Part shown: positions 1 to 11,272 of the stretch, piece after piece
Position numbering within the stretch: position 1 is the stretch's first letter
How the letters are laid out: every line of letters starts with the position of its first letter
Source of the DNA: Amoeboaphelidium occidentale
Taxonomy: Eukaryota
DNA length: 20,000 nt
NCBI GenBank assembly: GCA_023515795.1
Contig: JALGPX010000064.1
Coordinates: 47,358-67,357, forward strand
Direction of reading: 5' to 3'
Notes under the pieces: generated by a model
What the model saw: only the letters and a program-made list of their open reading frames with translations
Databases searched by the model: none
Told to the model about the DNA's origin: nothing
Program-made: the position numbers and the translations under genes

Positions 1-312
1 TCCTGCGGGAAGTGCCAAATATGGGTTACCGCCCTTCATTTGAGTACATCCTTCGGTATTCAGTTCAATCTTCAATGAATGGATCCTTCCACCAGTGCAG
101 AAGCCAACGGAAGCGTGACCAAACTCGTGCACCGCGGTAACAAGTAATTTGAATGGAGTAAGAAGGTGTTGTAGAATCGGAAAATTCCATAAAATAAAAA
201 TACCAATAGAATAACCCGCAATGAAGTACAGCGTGGTTTTATCATCATCCGACAATATCGTCAAAGAATCTTGTGCATTCTGTGGTGAGCTGAAAGTATC
301 AAGAGGTGCCAT
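1..312 (-). CDS. Peptidase M50B-like membrane metalloprotease, 5' part (runs off the window start)
   Basis: My translation from ATG at 312: MAPLDTFSSPQNAQDSLTILSDDDKTTLYFIAGYSIGIFILWNFPILQHLLTPFKLLVTAVHEFGHASVGFCTGGRIHSLKIELNTEGCTQMKGGNPYLALPAG. It has a hydrophobic segment, an HExxH motif (HEFGH) and the GG..LPAG pattern of M50B-like proteins. Absent from the ORF track because no stop falls in the window. Confidence 0.8.
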   Translation of the reverse strand, partial: MAPLDTFSSPQNAQDSLTILSDDDKTTLYFIAGYSIGIFILWNFPILQHLLTPFKLLVTAVHEFGHASVGFCTGGRIHSLKIELNTEGCTQMKGGNPYLALPAG

Positions 313-466
313 TAGTGCTGAAACAAGTTTTAACGCGGAAACTAACTTGTTACTCTTTTAGCAGAGAAAAGCAACTGCGCTAGAAGAAATAGCAAGCTTC
401 AAAGATCTTTGATTGGATTGCCTCGCTTGGCGTTTTGTTCTCGTCACGCTGCGCACAACCTACGGA

Positions 467-2705
467 ATGAAACAAATCTTTAACATTTCAGAGGAACAGC
501 CTTACTTAACACCAGCTTTTAAGGTTCCACCATCAAAGTATCACAACACGCCTATTGTTATTGACCATGGCTCATGGCAGACTAGAGCAGGTTTTTCTAA
601 GATGGACTCGCCCTGCTTGCAATTCGATAATTTATTGGCTAAAGTTAAAGATAAAAATACTGGGCAGAATGTTATTGTAGTTGGAAAAGATATTGAGTCT
701 TATGGGGAGAAAGGGCATGTTCGTAATGCGTTTGATGGTTCAAGTTCAGTCGTGGTTCACGGTGAAATGCTAGAACATGAATTGGAGTATATTTTTTCCA
801 ATTTAGGATTCAAAGATGCTGTTAAAAGTCCTGTGCTGATGACGGAGACTCTGTGTAATCCAGCAGCGAGCAGGCAAGTTACTTATGAAGTTCTGTTTGA
901 ATGTTACAATGTTCCACACGTAACTTATGGAGTTGATGCAGTCTATAGTTGCGCATTTAATGGCATATCACTCAAAGATGGCGGTATAATAATTTCTATG
1001 GGACATAATGCTACTACACTTATGCCGTTCTTTGATGGGAAGATTTATCATAACTGCTGTAAGAGAATATCACTAGGAGGATCGCATGCTTCAGATTTTA
1101 TGCTGAAACTAATGCAGCTGAAGTATCCTAACTTTCCTACAAAGATGACACTGGAAGAAGCTCAGATCTTGGTTAATCATCATACTCACATTCCAGAAAA
1201 CTTCTTTGAAGAATTACACTCGTTTGAGAATGTAGACTCCATCGAAGAAAAGGAGCACATTATTCAATTTCCTTACACAGAAGTTATGGAGACTTCAGAA
1301 GAAAATGCACAAGAGATAGAACAAAGGCGAGAGCAACAACGAGAGCGAATGAAGAAACATGTTGAACAGCAACGATTGAAAAAGCTTGAGACTAAAGAGC
1401 GTGAGCTTTCTGACCTTATTTCTCTGAAGGAAACTAAGGAAGAAGATCCTGATTCTTTTGCCACTAATTTGCTTATTGCTGGTTATGAAACAGAGAAAGA
1501 ATTGGATACTACGATCAGCTCGGCACAGGCTGCAATTAGGAAGATTAAAAACAAGATGGAAGGCGTCGAAGACGAAGAACCAGAAATTAAAGAAACACCA
1601 TCTTTTCCTCTTGTGGACATTCCAGATTCAGAGTTGGACGACGAGCAAAAGAGAGAAAAGAAGAAGCAACGTCTAATGAAAGCAAATTATGATGCCAGAG
1701 AGAAGGCTCGACAGGAAAAAGAAGCTCAACAAGCGGCATTAGAAGAAAAGGCTAAACTTGAAGAGGAAAAAAGACTGGCAGATCCAAAAGCTTACATTGA
1801 GGACCTGTATTCAAAGAGAACTCAAATTTTGGATAAGATCAAGGAGAAAAACAAGCAGTCTGAGGCCATGAATGATCGTAAGAGTAAGCTTGCCCAAAAC
1901 AGGATGAAGAAGCTTGTTGGTCTTGCTGATGATGGAGGACTCACGGCAGCCGGTACAAAAAAAAGAACTAGAAAAGAAGACGACGATGGTTTTGGGATGT
2001 CTGATGAGGACTGGATGGTTTATTATGATATCAAAAAGGGATCAGAAGAAGAAGAATTACAAGAACTTGAAGCAGACCTTGAAAATGTCGAGAATCTCCT
2101 TACACAATACGATCCTGAATTCTCACCTGATGACATTGACATGCAAACAGAGGAAAGAAACAAAAGTTTGTTCTATATCTTGAAGTATGGAAGAGATGGT
2201 TATCTGAAACATGACGATATCGCTGCACATCACCAGATTAGAATGAACGTCGAGAGAATAAGGGTCCCAGAAATTTTCTTTCAACCATCAATTTGTGGTG
2301 TAGATGAAGCAGGCATCATTGAAACCCTTCAGACTATTCTGTCCCAATTTACTAAAGAACAGCAGAGCATTATGGTCAACAACATATTTATCACTGGAAC
2401 TAATTCGATTTATCCTGGAATAGTAGAGCGTGTGGAATCAGAAGTGCGAGCATTTAGACCTTTCAAGTCTCAGTTTGGTGTGACACAAGCAAAAGATCCT
2501 CGTCTTGATGCATGGAGAGGAGCAGCACAATGGGTCAGAAACTTGGAGACAAAGAATCAGATACCAAAAGTATTTGTATCATACGAAGAATACATGGACA
2601 ATGGACCTGAATATTTGGTAAGATTGTTAACAAATGAAAATTGTTTTTAATCTGTTTTAGAAAGAACATCAGTACTCTAATCGGTACTACAAACTGCAAG
2701 GCTAG
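467..2705 (+). CDS. ARP5: Actin-related protein 5 (INO80 complex); exons 467-2617, 2661-2705
   Basis: Actin fold motifs (PIVIDHGSWQTRAG, PVLMTETLCNP, FECYNVP, ERIRVPEIFFQPS, DAWRGA) plus the large charged coiled-coil insertion typical of Arp5. First ATG at 467. A GTAAGA..TTTTAG intron at 2618-2660 restores the conserved end GPEYL|KEHQYSN. Confidence 0.93.
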
Positions 2706-2718
2706 AATCCTCCAACAA

Positions 2719-3582
2719 TCAATTATTCTTCTTTTCTTCCGAAGATTCTGGTCTCTTCGTGATAACTTCATCAATGAGCCCAAACTCAACTGCTTCTTCT
2801 GCGGACATAAAATAATCTCGATCTACAGCCTTTTCGATCTTTTCTAGTTCTCTTCCAGTGTGTTTGACATATAACTTGTTCATGCGATCTCTGATACTCA
2901 AAATTTCCTTTGCGTGGATTTCAATGTCAGAAGCTTGTCCCGAGTAACCACCAAGAGGCTAACAATGAAATAATAAGTGAGTTTCAGGGCTGTTTTACCT
3001 GATGTATCATGATCCTGGCATTTGGTAAAGAAAACCTCATTCCTGGAGCACCAGCAGTCAATAACATAGATCCCATTGACGAAGCTTGACCACAGCAAAC
3101 AGTTCTTACAGGGGAATGGATAAACTGCATCGTATCATAAATAGCCATGCCAGAAGTTATGTAACCGCCTGCACACAAATAAACAAATTTATAAGCAAAT
3201 ACATACCAGGCGAGTTAATGTACAAACTGATTTCCTTGTGTGGATTATCTGCTTCCAAAAATAAAAGCTGAGCAACGACCAGCGACGCAACATTATCGTC
3301 AATCTGACCATTCAAGCAAATAATCCGTTCCTTCAATAATCGAGAGAAACTTTCAATTTAGAATCCTTTAAAAGAGAATTGTTACATGTCCATCGCCCTT
3401 TCGCCGCCTCTTCCGCTCTGTTCAATGACATACGGGACCAAATTAAGTCTTGGCTCATCCCTTCTGCCATGCTGCGACAGATTTCCAAAAGCATTTCCGT
3501 TAAAGAGCCTTCGCCCTGCACTGAAACTCAAAGGGCCAACTAAATTCTGAGATAAATTCTTGTTAATGAGCGACTTTAGCAT
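2719..3582 (-). CDS. CLPP: Mitochondrial ATP-dependent Clp protease proteolytic subunit; introns 3350-3385, 3169-3206, 2959-2998
   Basis: Spliced product contains [45 protein letters not shown] (catalytic Ser), RIMIHQPLGG (His) and [19 protein letters not shown]-terminus is basic/hydroxylated like a presequence. All three introns are GT-AG and restore frame. Confidence 0.95.
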
Positions 3583-3783
3583 TCTTTTCGATTATGGGCA
3601 GTTGTTTCAACACGCTTCAAAGAAAACAAGAAAGTTGTGATAGCGAACAGTTTCTATTAGGCTCGCAATAAAAGGAATTAAGATGCTGGAATATCAAGAA
3701 CTGCTCTGACGCAATGATCAATCTGGGATACCTTCGTAACCATCTCTGTGACCTCCCGTTGGAGCACGACACGAATTGCGACA

Positions 3784-4707
3784 CTACTTTAAATCAGGCT
3801 CTCGTAACAGTTCGGCGGCAGTGCTTCTCTGGTTGTAATCGTAATGCAGCATCTTTAATATAAACTGTACAGTGACCTCATCGACGCCTAGTAGTAATTC
3901 TGAAAGATCACGTCCTTCTTTTGGTTCGAATGATAGTTTCATGTAATCTGGAGTATTGACAAAATCAGGCCATGTGGTAATTGGATTGCTGCCATTAGGA
4001 GTTCCCATCAAGTCAAAAACAACACATATCTGATCTATATCAGATGATCCCTTGAATAGAACTCGCTTTGTAAGCATTTCTGCCATGATACAACCACAAG
4101 ACCAAATGTCAACCCTGAAATCATAGTGCCTTGAAGCGAATAGGGTCTCTGGTGCTCGATACCATCGTGACATTATTTGATGGCTCATCTCTTCAGCTGG
4201 AGCGCATTCTCTAGCTAGACCGAAATCAGCAACCTTGATAACGCCGTCACTTGTTAACAAGATATTAGCCGGCTTTATGTCTCTGTGAATGACTTTTAAC
4301 ACATCGTGAACATAACACAGACCTGAAAGTATTTGTTTCATATAGTTTAAAGCTTCCATCTTCGTGATCCCTGCTTTGATTTTATCTGCCAAATTGTTGG
4401 GCACATGTTCAAAGACCATAATGGTTTCAACTCCATTCACTTTAGAATCCAACAGTTTGATCACATTTAAATGGTTTAATCTGTGGCATATTTCAACTTC
4501 TCTTTTTATCCTTTTGCGATGTGTCGGCGCTTCTCTTGAAGATGTTGGGCAGTAAACATGCTTGATCGCAACATAATCCTCATGATCATCTTTACAAATG
4601 TCACCCGAATGTTTCTTCTTTGCTAAGGCGACCGTTCCAAATGATCCCTCGGCAAGATCTTTAATGTAAATGTACTTGCCTAGAATTTCTCCCTTGGAAA
4701 ACATCAT
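3784..4707 (-). CDS. CDK20: CMGC Ser/Thr kinase, CDK20/CCRK-like
   Basis: Kinase motifs EGSFG, VAIK, HRDIKPAN, DFGLAR, RWYRAPE, DIWSCGCI. The strings SHQIMSRWY, DIDQICVVFDLMGTP and PDYMKLSF resemble CDK20 (THQVATRWY, DIEQLCYVLRILGTP, PDYNKISF). Likely ATG at 4707 or 4704; the longer ORF start at 4812 lies inside the upstream gene. Kinase call is firm, subfamily less so. Confidence 0.7.
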   Translation of the reverse strand: MMFSKGEILGKYIYIKDLAEGSFGTVALAKKKHSGDICKDDHEDYVAIKHVYCPTSSREAPTHRKRIKREVEICHRLNHLNVIKLLDSKVNGVETIMVFEHVPNNLADKIKAGITKMEALNYMKQILSGLCYVHDVLKVIHRDIKPANILLTSDGVIKVADFGLARECAPAEEMSHQIMSRWYRAPETLFASRHYDFRVDIWSCGCIMAEMLTKRVLFKGSSDIDQICVVFDLMGTPNGSNPITTWPDFVNTPDYMKLSFEPKEGRDLSELLLGVDEVTVQFILKMLHYDYNQRSTAAELLREPDLK

Positions 4708-6016
4708 AAGAAAAACTTTGCAAGCTTCGAACTTTAAATTTGATTTATTGAGCCTCTGCTGAAATCTTCTCATTATCGCCTTCAGGATCTGCTGGTGCTT
4801 CAACGCCCTCATTTAAAATGCTCATAATTTCAATTTGCTTTGTTAACTTGGCCTTTTCCCTCTCTAGCTTGGCGAATTCAAGCTTTGATAATTCCATGGC
4901 AGTTTTGTATGTCACATTCGACCTCTTTTCCAATGACCCAACAGTCTGAATGGAATATGATGCGCCATTCTGAAGCATCTGGTCAATTTTTTCTTCAAGG
5001 TTCTCATAAGTCACGGCATCATTTGGCGAAATGCTAAGTCCCGGAACAACGATTAACTGTGGTTTCTTTGTTGCTGCTTCTTCGCGCAACCTTTTCAATT
5101 CAGCAGATTTCTGTTTTCTCATAGCAACAGTTAATTGGTCCAGCGATGCTTTGATGGCGTTTCCTATATTAGGCTTGAAAGATTTAGTCTTGTTCACTTG
5201 ATCGTTCTGATCATCGGTTGCTTTGGCTTCATTCTTTAGTTCCATCTGCTTCTTCTGTATTTCCATATGATATTTCAATCGCNCAGTAAACATGCTTGAT
5301 CGCAACATAATCCTCATGATCATCTTTACAAATGTCACCCGAATGTTTCTTCTTTGCTAAGGCGACCGTTCCAAATGATCCCTCAGCAAGATCTTTAATG
5401 TAAACGTACTTGCCTAGAATTTCTCCCTTGGAAAACATCATAAGGAAAACTTTGCAAGCTTCGAACTTTAAATTTGATTTATTGAGCCTCTGCTGAAATC
5501 TTCTCATTATCGCCTTCAGGATCTGCTGGTGCTTCAACGCCCTCATTTAAAATGCTCATAATTTCAATTTGCTTTGTTAACTTGGCCTTTTCCCTCTCTA
5601 GCTTGGCGAATTCAAGCTTTGATAATTCCATGGCAGTTTTGTATGTCACATTCGACCTCTTTTCCAATGACCCAACAGTCTGAATGGAATATGATGCGCC
5701 ATTCTGAAGCATCTGGTCAATTTTTTCTTCAAGGTTCTCATAAGTCACGGCATCATTTGGCGAAATGCTAAGTCCCGGAACAACGATTAACTGTGGTTTC
5801 TTCGTTGCTGCTTCTTCGCGCAACCTTTTCAATTCAGCAGATTTATGTTTTCTCATAGCAACAGTTAATTGGTCCAGCGATGCTTTGATGGCGTTTCCTA
5901 TATTAGGCTTGAAAGATTTAGTCTTGTTCACTTGATCGTTCTGATCATCGGTTGCTTTGGCTTCATTCTTTAGTTCCATCTGCTTCTTCTGTATTTCCAT
6001 ATGATATTTCAATCGC
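4550..6016. repeat. 733-bp direct duplication (4550-5282 = 5284-6016) flanking a single N; probable allelic contig overlap
   Basis: Offset 734. I count five substitutions: 4651/5385, 4671/5405, 4711/5445, 5069/5803, 5111/5845. The junction is exactly the N at 5283. Confidence 0.92.
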
Positions 6017-6442
6017 ATGTCTTCTACAGCCTTTTTATATGCAGCAACAGGATCATTAATAACGGAAGCGCTGACTTCAATATCGCTAGGAACCTCTTGA
6101 GCTCGATCAGCAACAAGGAACGGCTTGACATTCTTCAATGCGTCGTGGTATTCTTCGGTTCTCTTTTCTTCTTTTGCCTTTAATTTGCGTTCCTTCTTGA
6201 AAGCCCTTCGTTCGCTTGGAGGAACCCAAGGCACACGACCTTCTGCTACTTCGTAATTCTTTGAGAATTCAGGCGAAAACTATAATTAACGCGATACTTT
6301 GCCAAATACTTACCCTTGAGCGTCCTGTAGCATTATGTAGAATCGTGCTCTTTGATGGTGTTACTCTTCTTAGTGGCGATATATGCGATCTTTTTGGTCT
6401 TATCGGCGGATGCCTTTGTCGCAGCACAAAACTTGCAATCAT
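5479..6442 (-). CDS. Predicted mitochondrial coiled-coil protein, possibly mitoribosomal small-subunit protein mS26-like; exons 6442-6314, 6279-5479 (3' part repeated at 4745-5282)
   Basis: ATG at 6442. Exon 1 (MIASFVLRQRHPPIRPKRSHISPLRRVTPSKSTILHNATGRSR) is R/S-rich with no acidic residues, like a mitochondrial presequence. A 34-nt GTAAGT..TAG intron (6280-6313) joins in frame to the 251-aa ORF. Motif VTYENLEEKIDQML..SY resembles the MRPS26 C-terminal motif as I recall it (ITRENLEARVEAAL..NY). Confidence 0.6.
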
Positions 6443-6464
6443 CTACCAATAAATGAAATTGCGA

Positions 6465-8016
6465 TTAAGCGACTATATTAAAATCATCATCAAACTTGAA
6501 CCCAACCAAACTAAATTTACTCTTCTTTGCCTTCTTGCGCTTCTTCTTGGACTTGGCTGAACCGTCTTCTGTTGCAGGTCGTCTCTTCTTCTTTTGCTGT
6601 TCCGTAGTGTTTTCCCTGTCTTCTAGAGTGAAAATATCTACTTCATCTTCAGCACCACTGGCAATATCGTCAGGATATATCGGAACATTCAGTACATCAT
6701 CAGACAGTTCCCATTCATCATCATCGTCTCCAAACGGCTGAATCTTTTCAATTGTGACAACATCAACGTCAATGTCTTCTTCTTCAAACTTCCTTCTTGT
6801 GACTTCTTCTTCTGGGATGATATCAAACTCATCTTCTTTTTCAATGTATTCAACATTAGTTTCTAATTCTTTGAAATCTGGAGCGAATGCACTCCAATTC
6901 TCCTCAGCTGTTTTAGTCCACAGATAGATCACTCCGATATTCGAAACAGAAGCCATTAAAGGCTTCAAAGGATGACAAGACATGTCTTCTACAGGTTCCT
7001 TTGGGCCTTCAAGGATTTTCGTCAAACTGCCAATATTAAGATCCCAAACATATAATTTATGATCATCGCTACTTGCTCCCATAACATAATCTCCTGTCCA
7101 ATTGAAACAACAGGAAGACCATTGGATCCTATTAACAAGATCTTGAAACTTGTTCAAGAGTTCAGGTTCTTTTGTTTGTTCCTGCGACAAACTGTATAAT
7201 CTGAGAATACGATCAGCTGCATTCACCAACATATTCTTTCCATTGCGACTAACAACTATCTGTCGAATAGGAGAATTACTCGTTATTTTTGTACTGAACA
7301 AATGATCATGATTTACAAAAGAGAAAGCGTGAATGTATCCCTTGTTTGTTCCTACTAATAATCTCTTGCCTTTGAGATCAAAAGAAACTACACATGTCTT
7401 GTTTGGAGAATCTTTGTGTGTATCCGAGGAGAGCGCATCATTTGATGGAACTAAAAAGGAATGTGATCGTGCATACTCTTCACCAGGAGCCCATTCCACC
7501 ACCATAGGCCAAGAATCTTGAGTACAAACAATTAAATTAGAATTTGATGGATCTAAATGCACACTGTCTATCGAAGTGTTAAGCCTCAAAGTAAAAGCAC
7601 GATCCAACTCAACAAGGTCCCAAACAATAACATTCCAATCAGAGGAAGATGAAACAAAGTATCGACCATTCTTGCTCCAACTAAAATACTCAGCGACAGA
7701 ATTAATCGATGGAAACCTTATAGAAGTAACAGGGCCAATGTGCCCTGGCAGCGTCAGAACTTTGCTTCGAGTAATAACATCAAAAATCAAGCAGCGACCA
7801 TCTCGACAACCTGCGCCGAGTAGCGTTCCTCTCCGATTAAATCGACAAGTTGTAATGCAAGTATCATCCAGGCAGTCGTCGATAACCTGCAATAATAATT
7901 AGTAAACACAAAAGCATAATAGGAACATACTTCCGGAAGCTCTTGATCAAAAGGGTCTTGACAAAAGTTAACATAAACGAAGCTTAATGAAACTTACTGA
8001 GTAATGTTATGTTCAT
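6465..8016 (-). CDS. SWD1: COMPASS/Set1C WD40 subunit Swd1/RbBP5; introns 7957-7997, 7887-7930, 7681-7716
   Basis: Spliced N-terminus MNITLLNPFDQELPEVIDDCLD..CRFNRRGTLLGAGCRDGR. WD40 repeats, then the diagnostic ENWSAFAPDFKELETNVEYIEKEDEFD motif and a basic NLS-like tail. Confidence 0.95.
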
Positions 8017-8162
8017 TCCGTAAAACTATTTTCCCTTCTGAGTATGTTACGATAATAATAAAAAATGTTCCACAGAGTCTGTTGGGAACAAAACAGTTTT
8101 GCAAAGAGCACGGAAGCGAGCGAGCGAGACAAATCGTTTTCTTGTCCCAATTTCCACACAGA

Positions 8163-8685
8163 ATGGCAATTTACAAAAGCCTCGCAAACTTTCTAGACAG
8201 TAACTTATGCAGCCCTGAAACCCTTTTTGAAACTAATTTTACAGAACGGCTGGTTTTAATTTTACGGGATGGACGCAACTTAATTGGAGTGCTTCGATCT
8301 TATGATCAGTATTGTAACACTTTACACTTTTTAATTCTTATTAACCTTCTGCTGCTGCTGCTGTTGTTGTTGTTTCTGTGTAGCTAACCTCGTATTCCAA
8401 GATACCGTCGAAAGAATCTACGCAAAGAACATGTACGCAGACATTCCGCGTGGAATATTTCTAATCAGAGGAGAAAATGTTGTAACGATGGCAGAACTTG
8501 GCACAATTGAAGAATGCATCGAGGCAGAAAGGAAAAGAGGCCTTTTGGGTCCAGTGGATGTTCAGCAAGTTCTAATGCTACAGAAGGAAGAATTGGATCG
8601 CAAGGAACGCATGCAAAAGGCAAAGAAGATGATCATACTAGAAAAGGGCTCAGACTTTGAGATGGATTCTGTTCAGTTTCAATAA
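8163..8685 (+). CDS. LSM1: Sm-like protein Lsm1; introns 8200-8244, 8314-8383
   Basis: Spliced: MAIYKSLANFLDKRLVLILRDGRNLIGVLRSYDQYSNLVFQDTVERIY...DIPRGIFLIRGENVV. Has Sm1/Sm2 motifs and the Lsm1-type C-terminal helical extension. Confidence 0.92.
8349..8372 (+). repeat. (CTG)5(TTG)3 microsatellite inside Lsm1 intron 2
   Basis: Read directly: ctgctgctgctgctgttgttgttg. Confidence 0.9.
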
Positions 8686-8701
8686 TCATAAAATCGGCAC
8701 T

Positions 8702-9914
8702 TTATTTTGCAGTGGTTTCAGCTAAATGGTTAGCACTCGTGCGTCCAGCCCTGAAAACAGATTCCTTGAGTCTCTTTCTTTCTCTTGTATTCGCATCTGA
8801 TGGAACGTAAAACTCACAAATGAAACTGACAATATCATCTTCGTTCCATTCTACTTTAGCCCTTGGGCCCCAAATGTACTCGACATCTTTTGGGTCTTTA
8901 GTTGTACTCTGGTTGAATCTCTCAAGATATCTAAAATTAAAATCAGTTAAAGCAACAAACGGAAACAGTTGTTACCCTTGTTTAACCCAAGTGTCCAGTA
9001 GAGCTTCCATATCACCAACATGATCTTCCAGTCTTTTACCTAAAGCATTCTCTGTGAAACCAATAGACAACAAGTATCTAGTCAAGATCGCATTTTTCAA
9101 GCATCCTTGGCTTAGATAAATAAATACCAGAATCATAGTCAATGCACCGTAACCAACTTGTTGATCTTCCCTTAACTTCAGCACTTCTCTTTCTTGCTTT
9201 TCCATGATAGAGCACAGAGAGAATACATCGCTGGTCTTCTCTGTCTTCTTCACAGATGAATTCTTGTAAACAGCTTTCGTTGGCCATGAAACAACTTTGA
9301 AACCAAAAATATTCTCCAAGCGCATCTTTACTTTATCAAACAGCGGTTCAAATTTCTCATTTCCGATTATCTGGCGCACATCGGACTTCGTGAAACTTTG
9401 CTTCTTTGACTCTTTGAATAGGCACATTCGAATAACGTCACGGATTCTGCGCTCTGTTTCATTGGCTGCCTTTTTTGGTAACTGACTTTTCCTGCGCTCA
9501 GCCGGAGCTACGTGAGCTGTTAGTGTGCTCTGACGGGCGACGCTCTTCCTGCCTCTCCTTCTGTTTGAGCTTGTTGCTTCTTCCATTTCTTCGTCGTCTT
9601 CATTATCGCTAACCACGAAATCATTCAAATCTTCGTCAGCTTCCTTTGAGCGTTTCTTACGGTTCTTACGAGAGTCCCTTACGGAAGACGACGGCTGTTC
9701 AGATTCTTCCTGGTCTTGGTCTTCGCTTGGAATGTTTTGTTTCAGTGGTAGCGATTCCCTGTTACGCTGCGATTTTCTTCTGGTCGGTTTCAAGTCGTCA
9801 TCAGCTTCGATTTCTATTGGCTTTGAGCTGACCACATCGTCTTCGTCCTCATCGTCGTCTCTAATTCTTCTTGGCTAAAGGTTAGTAAGGGAATGTTTGA
9901 AAGGTTCGTACCAT
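8702..9914 (-). CDS. NSE3: Smc5/6 subunit Nse3 (MAGE domain); exons 9914-9912, 9874-8976, 8930-8702
   Basis: Disordered charged N-terminus, then MAGE features: IRDVIRMCLFKE, LENIFGFKV, GALTMILVFIYL, WVKQG|YLER and EYIWGPRAKVE (MAGE WGPRA motif). Introns 9875-9911 (CTAAC branch) and 8931-8975 restore frame. Confidence 0.88.
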
Positions 9915-10144
9915 CTCAAACAGCGTCACACAGAAAAGCAAGCGAAGCACGGCGCAACAGTTTCGCAGTCGGTACTCCTTCTGGCGCGCACCAGAAAAGC
10001 ACCAAAATTTAGATAAGACTGAAGATCTTCTCGTCTTAGGCTTACAGATATGCTCATTAAACTATCTTGAACTTTCATTAAGATTTCTTTTATTTTTACC
10101 CTTCGCTTCCGCTCAGGAATTCGTAATAATCTGCAAATGGAAGG

Positions 10145-11272
10145 TTACAAGAAATAATCAGGAGTTCTTCTGGTGACATGTGGTTCTCCTCTTCTTGGGG
10201 CAGGTTCAAACTGTAAGAAGTTGTACTTCATGTGCTCATCTAATTCCATAACTGCAGCTTGATTTCCGCAACGATAACAGTAATTAGGAGCACTAAAGAT
10301 TGTAACAACATTATGATCTTGCGACCAGTTGTAGCCTTCCATAACCAATTGATGGGCTCTGGCGACTAATTGAAGACCGTTATTATGATTGAAATTCTCT
10401 GAAATATCTTGACCAAAGGTGTATCCAGCACCGCGAGGAGAAATACCCCAACCACAACGATCATCAGGATCAGACCATAACAAGTCACACATTGGGCCTA
10501 CACAAAGTTTAAGTAACAGCAAGATCATAAATGATACCTTCATGTGGTACTTCTTGAATACGATCAAGAGCTCTGACATGATCCAAAGTATCAATAGACG
10601 GAGATAATCCACCATGCAGACAGAATATCTGATTCTCAACGATCGCAGTCAAAGGAAGATAATCAAATAAGTCAGTAAAGAATTTCCAAACGTTTGCGTT
10701 TCCGTACTTTCTAAGGCATTCATCGTAAAAGCCGTAAACTTGGGTAATCTGTCTGGACTCATGGTTTCCTCTGAGGATAGTAACTCGGTCCTTAAACCTG
10801 ACCTTCAGCGCAACCAACAAAGTGACAGTTTCAACGGAATAGTATCCTCTGTCAACGTAATCACCCATAAACAGATAATTTGTGTCTGGAGAGTTACCGC
10901 CAATACGGAATAGTTCAATTAAGTCATGGAATTGGCCATGGATGTCTCCGCAGACCTTCAGGATCAGATCGCAGTGCCAGATCGCAACTTACCGTAACAG
11001 GAGCTCTTACAGGCTGCACATTCGACTCTTCAGCCAAAATTTCTCTGGCCTAATGGATTACATGAGAAGATTCTTCTTTAAAGTGTTGTGGGTACCTTGT
11101 CGCATAGACGCTTAATATCGTTCTCTGGTAATTGCTTGCACTGGCTCAAGCTCTGGACCCAAGCATCTAATTCTCCGATTTCAATGTGGGCTGAAGTTGA
11201 AGATGTGGATGGGGCTTGCCCTCCTGAAGTGCTTGAGACGGCTGATGTTACTGCTGTAGCAGGTGTGGCCAT
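10145..11272 (-). CDS. PPH21: Protein phosphatase 2A catalytic subunit; introns 11050-11095, 10956-10992, 10498-10537
   Basis: [35 protein letters not shown] and the PP2A-specific C-terminus RRTPDYFL. Confidence 0.96.

Noticed and set aside
3677..3810. Possible extra 3' exon of the kinase via a 25-nt GTTACG..TAG intron
   Set aside because: Shorter than all other introns, weak donor, and the kinase domain is already complete.
4745..5546. ORFs 4745-5338 and 5229-5546 that look like kinase/coiled-coil fusions or gene duplicates
   Set aside because: They read through the N at 5283 and are chimeras of the duplicated contig overlap.
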